Notes under the pieces: model-generated | Database searches by the model: none | Told to the model about the DNA's origin: nothing | Seen by the model: the letters and a program-made list of their open reading frames with translations, nothing else | Position numbers and translations under genes: made by a program | In this document: positions 21,974 to 32,895 of the stretch, one piece after another | Numbering within the stretch: position 1 is the first letter of the stretch | Layout of the letters: the number at the start of each line of letters is the position of its first letter | Source of the DNA: Cyanidioschyzon merolae | Lineage: Eukaryota | Length of the DNA stretch: 64,000 nucleotides | Assembly (NCBI GenBank): GCA_000091205.1 | Contig: AP006496.2 | Direction: 5' to 3' (one strand)

Positions 21974-22633
21974 TTAGGTGATCGTCACTGGTGTCTCGAC
22001 GACGTTGTTCGCATAGGTCGTTTCCTTGAAAATGTGATACGCGTTGCATTCAAGACGCAGCGTGTAGTGACCTGAAGGAACGCCCGTGATGTCAATCCAC
22101 TGGCACGGCAGCGAGTCATCGTAGATATCGCACCAGCCGACGCTGATACCCTGGAATGTGCAGGTATGGACAGGCTCCGCAGGCACGAGCGCTGGGTTTC
22201 CAGTGTACTCAGGGAAACGAGCCAGATCCTCCATGCAGAAGCTCTCCTTCTTGCCACTCCGCACAAGGTTCCCTGCCGAATCCCAGATGGAATAGTTCAG
22301 CATGGGTTTGCGCGTAATGAACTGACCAGTGCACGTATCCCAGGTGTAAATATTGGGATGATCCGCCGGGTTGCCGACCACAAAATCATCGGGGCCGTTG
22401 TTACCGATCGCACCTGCAAGCTTCAGCAGCTTTCTCGGGCCAGTTCCAAGAACGCAGCCCATTTCAAACGCACAGTCATGTGGCGTGAATGACTCCGTCT
22501 TGATCATCAGACTACCTTGGAGAATCTTTAGGGAAGGCTCCAGGTCGAACTTCGCCTGAGCTCGCACCGAAGACGCCACCGCTGCAAGGCAGACAAGGCA
22601 TAGAGCAAAGAGCGTGCTAATACGTTTGTACAT
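21974..22633 (-). CDS. Secreted lysyl-oxidase-like (LOX catalytic-fold) protein that lacks the copper-binding His triad (219 aa).
   Basis: Signal peptide MYKRISTLFALCLVCLAAVASSVRA. CQWIDITGVPSGHYTLRL...TYANNVV matches LOX CQWIDITDVKPGNYILKV...DYTNNVV, and KKESFCMEDL matches HKASFCLEDT. The LOX WEWHSCHQHYH position is YTWDTCTGQFI, so all three His are lost. The start was chosen at the internal Met of ORF 21974-23254. Confidence 0.7.
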   Translation of the reverse strand: MYKRISTLFALCLVCLAAVASSVRAQAKFDLEPSLKILQGSLMIKTESFTPHDCAFEMGCVLGTGPRKLLKLAGAIGNNGPDDFVVGNPADHPNIYTWDTCTGQFITRKPMLNYSIWDSAGNLVRSGKKESFCMEDLARFPEYTGNPALVPAEPVHTCTFQGISVGWCDIYDDSLPCQWIDITGVPSGHYTLRLECNAYHIFKETTYANNVVETPVTIT

Positions 22634-23989
22634 GGCTAGTGGACCTATTCCGCTATTAAGGGTAAATGCCCACAATCGCTGCTTTCGTGAAACCACCAAT
22701 TGCGATTGACATGATGTCGAAGATGAAAATCCGCTGCGATGCCATGGCGCACCGATCGAGCGATGGCAGAATCGGCACTTCGAGCCGACGCGCGCAGGGC
22801 CACCCGCGGGCCACATCCAAATTTGGGCATCGTCGGCGCTGTGCGCGCACACGCATGCATCTCGCGCTACCAAATTGGTATTTGCGTTGCGAGCGCGTCG
22901 ACACGCAGACCTGCGATCCTCGATGGCGCGCGCCTGCTGCGCGGCAGTCGCCAATTGGACGGGGCGTGCAGGCCTGCGATCGCCTGGCGACGGCCGCTCG
23001 CCGCGCCGCAATCCCGTCAGCTGGTGAACGGAGCTGCGCTGGTGGCGGCGCGTCGCGTGCATTCGACGCCCCGGCACCAGTCGCTGCAGGGCCGCTTCCA
23101 AATGTGGTGGGCACGTCGTCGTCGATCTGCGCTGTGTGGTGGATAGATTTGGAAGGTGAGCGTGTGGCATCAAAACCTGTAGGTACTGTTCTTGAATTGC
23201 GCTCTTTTTTTCCGAACCTTTTTTAGATGTACCGCTTACATGTTTGAAGTGCATCAGTACTGGCTTGGGGATTCATACATAGCTTGAAGACGCTCCGAAG
23301 GGTTTTCGGTGTTGCTCGTTCGACGCGTTGGCGCTTGAGCTCGATACCGCATCGGACTGAAGATGATTCGCGACGTATTCGAAAAATGCTTCGTAAAATA
23401 TCGGATATCGTGATCAAATTCGTACGTATAAGTTTCCGTTCTTTTCCTTTACTTGCGAGTGGCATGCTTAAATCACGCGTTCTTGAAGCAATCGATCTCT
23501 CTGTTCGATGGGCGTCGTATTTCCGGAGCGATTTGCGCAGCAGGATTGACACGAGGGGAGAAATTTTTTACGTCCTTCGTTGAAGACGAGTTCACGAGCG
23601 CATGACGAAAAGGCGAGTGAACTCGCCACCTCAAATAATGGATTCCGTTCGATAGCCAAATCGTCTTTCTTTAAGGCTACCGACGAAATGGAGCTCCTCA
23701 CCAGCAGCATGATAGCTCTCCCGGGCAATGCGCTCAGCAGATTCTTTCTCCTCTGTTTGCGTAGGAGAGATTCTTGGACTCGAGTCAAGCCAGCGATCGC
23801 GCCCACTGGGGAGCGCGTTACTGCTTTTCACGAAGCGAGCGTACAGGGATCAAGAGATCTCGACTTGTTTCGCAGCCTTGAATTCCCATGCAGTGCAAAA
23901 GTTCATCATGAATAGCATCGCGTTCCACAAGACTCCGAGCGAATGGGAAAGCGTGCGCTTCCACTTCCAGCGTACAGCGTAATCGTCGA

Positions 23990-24410
23990 GTCGATCGCCT
24001 ACAAGACGCCAATGATTCTAAGGTACCGCGACGCGTACACAACACGACAAGTGCATCCAGCGGTGCATGCGGTACCCGCCGAGCGCATGTACCGAGCGAT
24101 GAGGCAGGCCTTCACGCACCACAAGATAGCCCTTGAGGAATGAGGTGTGTTGGGCTTATAGAAACACCTTATTCCATCCAGCTCGCACCGCGGCGAAAGG
24201 CGCACTGACGCTGTGTGCAAAATAGATGAAAACGGCAACCTGAGCATGGAGCGCAACTTCCGCCTGTCCATGAAATGTGTCGACAACAACCGGAAGCGAC
24301 GAGATCCGGACTTCAATGCCGCCATGAACACCCTTTGGGCGTTGTAAGCGGAGATGGAGGCACGCGAGATACCAGCGTATTTTAAAGCCGAAGATACGAG
24401 ACATGAAAGA
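23990..24410 (-). repeat. Diverged fragment (Y) of the TIR repeat family, inside a GC-poor island.
   Basis: The reverse complement atggcggcattgaagtccggatctcg aligns to the TIR core atggcggcgttcaagtctcggttcacg. It also aligns along its length to 17200-17480. Confidence 0.45.
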
Positions 24411-25685
24411 AGCAGTGAAAGAAAAAGCCCGGATAGGTCAGTATTCCAGACACTGAAACGAGATCCAATCGATAAATTGTATGCCCGCGTTACTGGACCC
24501 TTTCCGACGCAGTCTGAATTCGGTGCCTTAATCGCTGGTTATCGTGCCACTGCGTATACGTTTCGACGAAGAAGAGGCTCCCCTGCGGAGAATTGAGCAA
24601 GGGTCCATGTTCGGCGCAGCGCAGTGCTCGATATGGCAGACCGCGGATTACCAGGGCGCATCGTCCGCGTCAGACACACTAGACACGAGTCGGTGCGCAC
24701 AGCATCCATTGTCAGTCTGCGAACACACGCAAAACCAGGTGCTTGGTCGGTGTCTGAGCACCCGCATTCGTGGTAGCGAGAAACCGATTGCCTGCGAGGT
24801 GCCTCGTATTCGATAACATGATGGTCGCTAGAATAGCCGCAGATTTGATGGTGCTTGTGTACGGGCCACCAGCGGCAAGTATCAACAACCTTACGAATGC
24901 GGTACTCCGTCGACAGTGCACACCAAGAGGACTCAGGCGCGGCGACCAGTGCATGCCGCGCTCAGGACCCGACGCTGGCGCACCACGAACCGGTCGGATG
25001 TGCGTCTATGCTTCAAGCGGCAACGGCACCTGCTCTGTCCATGCTTCGTACTGTACCATCCAATAGAGCAAAGGAGCGCCCTACCCGAAACGAAGCACGC
25101 TCGAGTCCCCGTTCATTGATGGCAAGCACTCGAGCGTGCTCCGCTTTCGCGAGCGAACCATAAAGCGCATTCTCGCCGTTTCGCCACTGGTCGTCTGCGG
25201 AACATAGCGCCGAGGTTTGTGACAGCGGGTATGTCGTGCAACCGTGGCCTCTCATCGAGCTCCAATGCCGGATCGGGTGCACTGAACGCTGCGTCACATC
25301 TGACGAGCCAATGCCGCAGCGATGCAGCACTAGAGGCCTTACGAGGCCGGCACTGTACCTCGACTCACATATGAGGATACACTTGCGGCCCGGGAAGCAA
25401 GGATCCGAGCGTATTCCTCCTGAATCAACGCTGTGTTCCCCGCGAACGCTCTTACGGAAGCCGCTCTACGAGGACACTGAGCCCGCGTTCTCGTGGGTAC
25501 GCGAAGCGCACCAGGGAAGTGCTTTGCTCACAGGCGCCGGTTACAGTGCAGTCGTGCGGCACGCCCCGACATCGCCATATACTGGCCTCACTGGAGTACG
25601 CCAGGAACGCGTGTGCAAGCCGCGGTTCTCGGAAAAACCCCAGCCGGACGCTCCCACAGCACTTGCCGTGGTGCTCCGGCAACTT

Positions 25686-25937
25686 TCACCCCGAGTCTCG
25701 AAAAACCGCGACTCTTTTGATCTCGTTGCGGAGCACGTGCTCGGCCTCTTGGACTTGGGCCAGTGCCTCCGCTGCTTCCAGCGGCTGCTGAACTCGGGGT
25801 CTGGTCTCAAACTCGTGACGAACAAGTCTCGCAGCTGCACGCAACGTGCGCCTGTCGTCACCAAAGGCAACTCGACAAGCACGCAGCAAGCGTCGGTACG
25901 CAGTGGGTGCACTCCATTCGCTCAGAGCGCCAGCCAT
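25686..25937 (-). CDS. LYR-motif (Complex1_LYR family) small protein, 83 aa.
   Basis: AYRRLLRACRVAFGDDRRTLRAAARLVRHEF fits the L-Y-R...F...R..F signature of LYRM proteins (SDHAF1/LYRM7-like). Confidence 0.4.
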   Translation of the reverse strand: MAGALSEWSAPTAYRRLLRACRVAFGDDRRTLRAAARLVRHEFETRPRVQQPLEAAEALAQVQEAEHVLRNEIKRVAVFRDSG

Positions 25938-26062
25938 GGTTACGCCCCAGTCCGCTCGGGTACGTCGACTGTTGAAGAAGGTTCACTGAGGCGCTCGCGT
26001 ATGCTGCGCGTTGTGTCAGAGTTCCCAGCTGCACTGGCGTACGGGGTGTTTGCCCAGACCGT

Positions 26063-26660
26063 CAGTGAAACAGCAAGGTTTCGCAGCTGTAGGGTAATTT
26101 AATACCCACTCGCAGACGCTTCTCAGTCTTTTTCGACCGGCCTACCGCTATTGGGTTCAGCTTCTGCTTGCACACGACGGGCACGACAGCGTGCGCCACA
26201 CAGTTGGACCGTGTGAGCTCCGCGGGGCTCGGCTTCGGCACTAGCCATCTTCTGATAATCATGGCGATGTTCAAGTCTCGGTTTACGAACTCCATGCGTT
26301 TCTTGAGGCTGGTTGATCTCACCAATGCATGTAGTCGTCTATTTCGCACCCTCTATGCCACTTCAGTCGCGTCAGCGTCCCGTCGGGTAAACACCTTTTC
26401 TCGCCTGTCTCTCCTCATCTTCGTGGTCACTAGCTCTTCTTCGCTTGATGGTCAGCGAGCAGAGGATTCTTTTTCGTTTTGTTTTGAGGCACCCGCTGAT
26501 CAGCGTCCCCCAGGATTCCCGACTTGCACATCGATACCTAGCCATCAAATTTTGGATTCCTTCAGATGAACGCACCTCGGGCGCGTCGTCTATAAACCGC
26601 GAAGAAGCATTTGAAGACATGCATCCACATATGAAATACCATTGAGGTGAAAGATGACAA
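26063..26660 (+). repeat. Solo TIR-like copy (C) of the transposon family. The terminus begins cagtgaaac.
   Basis: Aligns at ~75% to 217-780 throughout. Begins gtCAGTGAAACagc at 26061. Confidence 0.6.
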
Positions 26661-27910
26661 GCTGGCGAGCGCACATCGACACGATCACCCGAGTCCATGC
26701 AGAGGCACAGCATGCGAATTTCGCGACCAGCATCATCTCCATATCTTATGCTGCTGCATCTGTAAACACATTAGGCCTGGAAAACGTGCACAGCCGCGGC
26801 AGCAGCACAACCTGATCGGTGAGCCGCCAAACCTAGCGAAATGCAGCACAAGGCCTTTTCGGAAACGGACTGGCGTCGAGCGGGTGGACAAGGTATTCGC
26901 TTTCAGTACTCCAGGTCAGCGGTATGCACGTCGCTCATCTAGGCAGCACCGTACGATGCAGTGTCCAGGTCGGCCGCGAGTCCACTGCAGCGTGCCGCTA
27001 CCCAGGAGCAAGCGTATCTCGCGTTTACGGCAGCAAGGAAACCAGCCCTAGAGCGCTGTATGCCGCGGGCTGTCGTCAGAATGCCCAACAAGGGCAAGCT
27101 GCAGTCGGCTATCGCGGGCTAACGGTGCTACTGCTGGCTAGGATAGTAGCTGCAACGCACCACAGAATGCAGCGATATCTAGTCTGATTGAAGAACCCTG
27201 GTGCCGACCTGATGCCGACCAGTGCTTCCAATGAGCGCCCACCGCTGTGATTGCGTCATCAACGCTTGATCACGTGGTGCTTCATTGAGAGCAGCGGAGC
27301 GTTAGGGTTTGCAGCGAACGAGGCGCCGCCTCCCGCTGATACTCCCCGTCGAGCTGCAGCGCACCGGGATCCGATCGGCGAGAAGTGTGCGCCCTTCTCG
27401 GCCAGGTGGTTACGCGTTCAGTCGGTGCATGCTGGACGCCCGCAAAGCCTTGCTCCTCGATCAATATTCCCGTCTTTGACTCGTAATCAGCTGCAACACT
27501 TGACGCGCTGCAGAGCACGCTCTGCCTGAACACCGTTCACTTCATTCTTACGATTGCCGCAAGCAGCGTACCTTACATTGATCTTGTGCGATCAGCGCTG
27601 CATGGCACGCAGGTCTCTTGCTCTGCAACATGAAGCCCATATCCGATTCAACTGGACCGTATGCGGGTGCCAAGTTCGTGTGCTTCGCACAGGGAATGCG
27701 TCCAAGATCATTGCGCACGAGCAATGCAACCAGCGAATCAGCACGTGACTGCACCTGAGGCCGACCAGCATCATCCAAAGCTCGCATCTGTCTCGTACGT
27801 AGATACCAGTCAACAATTCACGACCGATTCAGTCCGTTGCCAAGCGTTCCTTGACGCCAAGCACTGGGACAAGGCATTCGCTCTCCGGCGATAGGAGCGG
27901 AGGCTCACGT

Positions 27911-28960
27911 TCAGCGCTCATCACTGGTCGCCGCTGCGCTTGGCGCTTGCCCCATGGACGTATGTGCAGCGTGCTGGTGCCGAGATCCCCGAACAGATGC
28001 AATCGCTCGCTCCCCGTAGAAAGCCTCGAGATGAGGAATGATCGCGTCAACACCACCAGTCAGGGCGAAACGATGCAATCGGCCGGTCGTATCGTAGTAG
28101 TGTTCGACGCTTGCCCCTTGCGACTCGTAGACCTCTAGGCGATGCCTGACAACTGCCAGTCGATCATCGTCGCGACAGTGCAAACGTCCAGAACACGCAG
28201 TTCCTCGTTCACAGCCCTTTGGCAACGCTTCGCAGAGCAGCGGCACCCCGTTCTCCGTATCGTCTCGCGGACACGTGCAGACCGTTGTGTCGGGTGAAAC
28301 GCAAGGCGCCCAGCGACACCCAGGTGGTAGCAGCGGTGGCATTCGCATGCCCGCCTCGTTAATATACATAAAGTTGTAGGTCTTGCCACACGTTACGCAG
28401 ACTCGTCGCCCAGCCAACTTGGCGATCAGAACCTCGCGCGGTAAGGTCAGCAGTAGAGCGCCCTGCACTGGGAATACGCCGTCCAACCAGCGAGCTTGTG
28501 CTGCCGTTCGCGGAAAACCGTCTAAAATCCATCCTTGTTGCGCGGAAGACCGTCTTTCAAGATCAGACAGCAGATCCTTGACCAGAGGTTCAACGAACGA
28601 GTCTGGTAGGAGGTCGCCCTGCTGCTGAAGGACGCGCATAGCCTCCGCAGCCGCTGTCGCTCCGCGCCCGTTGAGCTGCGACTCTCGGAGGTACTCTCCA
28701 AAGTTGATATGCTTCAGACCAAACTTGCGAGCAAGGCGGGATGCGTATGTCCCTTTACCTACTCCTGGTGCTCCTAGAATAACCCAGCGAAGGACAGAGA
28801 CACTCATAGGAGCGTGAACACCGGATAGAAACGCCAGCGATACCCACCTGAACCGCATTTTCGATGCAATCGCGAGCGAGCCAGGCAGCTGCCTGTCTAT
28901 CATATGCCGCGCGATGCGCTCGCGTTCTGAGAAACCATGACTGCAGATGAGCGCTCCCAA
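27911..28960 (-). CDS. Adenylate kinase with an unusually long Cys-rich LID insertion. An N-terminal extension or later start (Met at 28858) is possible.
   Basis: P-loop ILGAPGVGKGT, NMP-binding GFPRT, and the LID region CVTCGKTYN...C..C...C (10 Cys over ~75 aa). Confidence 0.8.
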   Translation of the reverse strand: MGALICSHGFSERERIARHMIDRQLPGSLAIASKMRFRWVSLAFLSGVHAPMSVSVLRWVILGAPGVGKGTYASRLARKFGLKHINFGEYLRESQLNGRGATAAAEAMRVLQQQGDLLPDSFVEPLVKDLLSDLERRSSAQQGWILDGFPRTAAQARWLDGVFPVQGALLLTLPREVLIAKLAGRRVCVTCGKTYNFMYINEAGMRMPPLLPPGCRWAPCVSPDTTVCTCPRDDTENGVPLLCEALPKGCERGTACSGRLHCRDDDRLAVVRHRLEVYESQGASVEHYYDTTGRLHRFALTGGVDAIIPHLEAFYGERAIASVRGSRHQHAAHTSMGQAPSAAATSDER

Positions 28961-29018
28961 AACAACCCAAACTCACTGCATTGCCTCGCAGAATCGCAAA
29001 AGCCAACAAGTGGGCCCT

Positions 29019-29893
29019 TCAAACCGACACCGAGTCGACAACCAGTGCCAACTGGATCGCTCGTGCACCGCACTGCGTCCGGTCGAGGCGTACCAGACGG
29101 AACGCACGGCGTTCGCCAATACGAAGGCGCTGACTGCGCTCTAGGGTCACCGTCGCCTCCATTTGATCATCCTCCAGAATGATGAGCGCCGTTCGCCCAT
29201 TCGACGACACGGATGCAACCAAGCCGTTCAAAACAAGTTCCCCCGGACCGAGACGCTGCACTTGTGACTGCCGCTCAGCAAGTACATCCAGCATGAGCGA
29301 TTGCCGAGATGCCACCACTTTCTGCATCCCCGCAGACGCATTTCGCTGAACTTGCGCAGCAATGCGTGCTACCTGTGCTCTGGTCAGCAGCGGCGCCTCT
29401 GCCCCATACTCAAGATAGAGCGAGATCTGACGCAGTGTCATGAGGTCCAGGTATCGACGGAGAGGTGCAGTGCCGAAACGCTGCGGCCGATACGCCTGCA
29501 CTGCGTTTGGTTCACTGGCGGTTACCTTTTGCGCCGCCAGCGTCCCCAGCTCCGTGTTCTGGACTCGTGTCCATCTAGTGACGGGTACAGGGATCTTGTG
29601 CTGTGCAGCAAATCGAATAAGTGCCTCACTAGCGGCAGCGAGTAGCGCATCCACGAGGCAGTATCCCGGAGAGAGTGCAAATTCCGCTACAGCCAGGCTG
29701 CCGTCGCGTCGATGCGCCACCCGCGCAATGCGCCCGGCGTTGCGGCGTTGACGCGCATGCATGCGTGCACGCATGCGCTGCTCCAGCGCTGCTGAATTCA
29801 GCGCTTTCTGTAATATTGTCAACGGGTTCGACGCTCTCTGCAGCAGTGTTTCGGTGCTGGTGTCTGTAGGTGACGATGCAGATGCAGATGCAG

Positions 29894-29938
<45 letters not shown>

Positions 29939-31805
29939 ATGCCCGCACGCGTCGATTACTCAGGATCAGACGATCGAGCTCCTCGTATGATATGCGCTGC
30001 ACAGGCGGTATCACACTTCGACGTACCGTGAACCATTCGATGGCGCCGAGGTCGTCGGACCCGGTATGCTGGTCGTTGCTGCGCTCACGGAAGCGCAGTG
30101 ATACGGTGATCGCGTCAGTCGCCAGATGCTCTGAGAAAGAGGCCGCGTTTGCCAACGGTGGCGGCAACAGGTGCAGAGGTCGCCCCGGCAGATACAGTGA
30201 CTGTGCTCGCTGGCAGGCAATCTGGTCTACTGGGTGGCCTGCAGGTAGCCAGCGCCCAATATCCACGATATGGACGTGCCAGGTCACCTGCAAGTCGCCC
30301 GGGCGATGACCCGATGCCCCCGACGACGGGTCGCAGCGCTGCTCGATCTCAACGGAGAAAGCATCGTCCAGAATTCGCGCTGATGAGGAATCCACACAGA
30401 ACGCGAACTGGTGACTCCAGACGCTTCGCTGATTTCGCGTACGCCCGCTCAGGATCCGGCTACGTAGTGCCCGAGCCGCAGTCATCACTGCGTCAGGAAA
30501 AGCAGCGATGATCTTTTGTCCGATCTTGGGCTCGGGGCATACGTTCGGTCGGCGCTTCAGTGTCGCGGGCGGCGTGCTGGCGCTTTCCTTGGACGTCTCC
30601 GAGAGGGTCCACTGACCGAGCTTCACCAAAATAGAGATAGCCGTGTTCGGTGAGACCTCCGAAGCGACCCGACGACAAACTGCAGCCGCCAAAGGATAGA
30701 GGCGCTCCAGTCGTGTCGACGGCGCCGACATTCCCTGCCGTTTCGTGCGAAGCGACGGCTCGAGGTTGCGGCGATGCTCGGAGCGAGAGGCCGCCAACAT
30801 TTCCAGCTCGCGTAAAACTGCGAGATGCTCCGGATGCCATGTCCGATCCAGTGACTGCCTCGTTGCATGTACACGTTCACAGAAAGACTCTACGATACGT
30901 GCGCGTACCATCGGCTCAGGTAGCGCTCGCCAGCCGCCACCGTACCGGGGAACCCGTCGGAAGCGAAAATTGTCGGACCCGAGCGTTATCGCTGCGAGTA
31001 TTCGCAATACGAACGGATCACACAGCGACTTGGCTACCGGTGAAGTGGTCTCATCCGCGGGCCAAAGTCGACGACGAAAACGCTCTCGCAAACGCAACTG
31101 GTATCGAGCTGCCAACTCGACAGCGGATGTGAATGGACCGCCGCGGCGAGCGCCTCGACAACTCACCTCCTGATGGAGCTCATACAGCCCCTCTGACAAC
31201 AACGCCAGGATTCCGAGACGGTCCGCAGACTGGAGTGCGAGCCATGACTCCGTCGAGTGCGGTTGCAGCCAGAGTCGGGCGGTATCCCAGGCGTGCTGCA
31301 GACGCGTCTGCGAGAAACGCACTGGAGGTAGCCACGCTTCAGGCTGCTCACCAGCAGTGCTGAGCTCCTCGAACAGCAACGGCGGTACCAGAGTTTCACT
31401 CCAGTTCGCAATGACTTGGTCGGGGGCGACACTTACCTCCTGGTTATCGGCGCTAACCAGGTGAACTCGAAAGCTCGTTGCGCACGCTGCCTCAGCTGGT
31501 GTCGTGCGCAACACACCAATGTGCACCGCTCGGTCGTGAAAAACCTCCACAACACTACAAGCCTCCGCACGTTCAAACTCGGAGTCCTGGACAGTACCCG
31601 GAAGCGGAGCAGCGTGCGCATCAGGAGCTGCTGCTGTCTCTGCTGTTGCTACCAGTCGGGCGCGCGGCTTCCGCCTCGACCGCCCCAGCGGTACCGAACA
31701 CCAGGTCGACGCACTTACTCGAGGTGTGCGTGCTTTTGATGTCCAGCCACAAGTCGGTACCGTGACAAAGCTAACACGCGTATGAGTCGCAAGACTGACC
31801 CACAT
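29019..31805 (-). CDS. RNase II/RNB-family 3'-5' exoribonuclease (organellar DSS1/RNR1-like), 928 aa, with a polyAla tract.
   Basis: RNB signature FGTAPLRRYLDLMTLRQI (~HFTSPIRRYADL). DDAFSVE acidic motif. N-terminal presequence-like region rich in R/S/T. Confidence 0.75.
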
Positions 31806-32130
31806 TTCGTTTAAAGAACAAGGTCCCTAACGCGCTGAAGCGCTGCCCAAAACTGCAGCACCCCACAGCGTCTGCCCGTGGACGCCGCCGGGACGCCGCT
31901 GCCGCTGCACTGCGCCCTGTGTTCGGCGCTACGACTTGTTCTCTTTTTGTGCTTGTTGCGCTCGCTGTAGCAGCATTTGTTGCCACTTTTGTTGCTCCTA
32001 CTGCTACTTTGGTTATTGCTCTTGTTGCTTTTTGTTGCAGCAGCGTTTGTTGTCACTTTTGTTCCTGCTTTTTGTTGCTGCGTATGACGTGCTCGTCGAG
32101 CTTGTAGCGTTCCTGGTAGCACAGTTGCGC

Positions 32131-32895
32131 ATGAGGTCCCCGTCGAGCGCCCCTGTGACCTGGGACATGACAGTGCCCTCTGTCGAGGAGGTCGCTCAGT
32201 TACTGGAGGAAGCGGAATCGCAGTTGAAGCGGTTTGACAGTGTGAGCGAGGCCTTGGAACGCGACGTTCACGCGTTACGGGCACTCGTCGAGCAGGTGCC
32301 TGCTGCAGCGCACCTGGAGCGAACGTCAGAGACGTCGACAGGCCAACCGCTCGTGTTCCAGTGGAACCAGCAGCATAGTGCACACCTCGACCGGCTTGTC
32401 ACCCAGGAACGAGCGACCGAGGCGTCCGACATGAGCGTCTGGAGACGTGTTGCAGATGCACTGAAACCAGCACTGCCCCTCGTTAGAGAGGCGTTCGCCC
32501 CGGAGTCTCTCGCTGAGGCGTGCCGCACGCGCTACCTGGCTGTAGAGGCGTATCGAAAACGCGCAGACTGGGCTGACGAGCAGCTGACAACGATGCTTCT
32601 GGGCCTGGACGCTGTGCCTGGGGTTTCGCGACAAGCGCTGCTGCTCGCGCACCAGTTACGGCGGCCTGCGCAGGCAAAACAGATCAGTGCGCTCATCGGG
32701 CGTCGAAAGAAACTCATTGATCGATGCCTAGCGATCGAGGCTGAGCTTGAACAGCAGCGAGTGCAACTGGGACTGCTCCCAACCGACAAGAACGGTGCGG
32801 AGCCGATGCGCTCCGCTGCCGAGTCTACCACCAGCAGTAGCACCAGCACCAGCGCTGCATCGTCGCATACCGCGCTCGAGCCGGATCCGGACTGA
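32131..32895 (+). CDS. Hypothetical protein (254 aa) with coiled-coil-like segments. The longer ORF from 31936 adds a Cys/Phe-rich low-complexity N-terminus that is probably not coding.
   Basis: Uninterrupted ORF divergent from the RNase II gene. No recognisable domain. Confidence 0.4.
   Translation: MRSPSSAPVTWDMTVPSVEEVAQLLEEAESQLKRFDSVSEALERDVHALRALVEQVPAAAHLERTSETSTGQPLVFQWNQQHSAHLDRLVTQERATEASDMSVWRRVADALKPALPLVREAFAPESLAEACRTRYLAVEAYRKRADWADEQLTTMLLGLDAVPGVSRQALLLAHQLRRPAQAKQISALIGRRKKLIDRCLAIEAELEQQRVQLGLLPTDKNGAEPMRSAAESTTSSSTSTSAASSHTALEPDPD

Noticed and set aside
25236-26102. 288-aa + strand ORF.
   Set aside because: It overlaps the LYR ORF on the opposite strand and runs into the TIR copy at 26063. 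Its composition is typical of GC-rich noise, and no motif was found.
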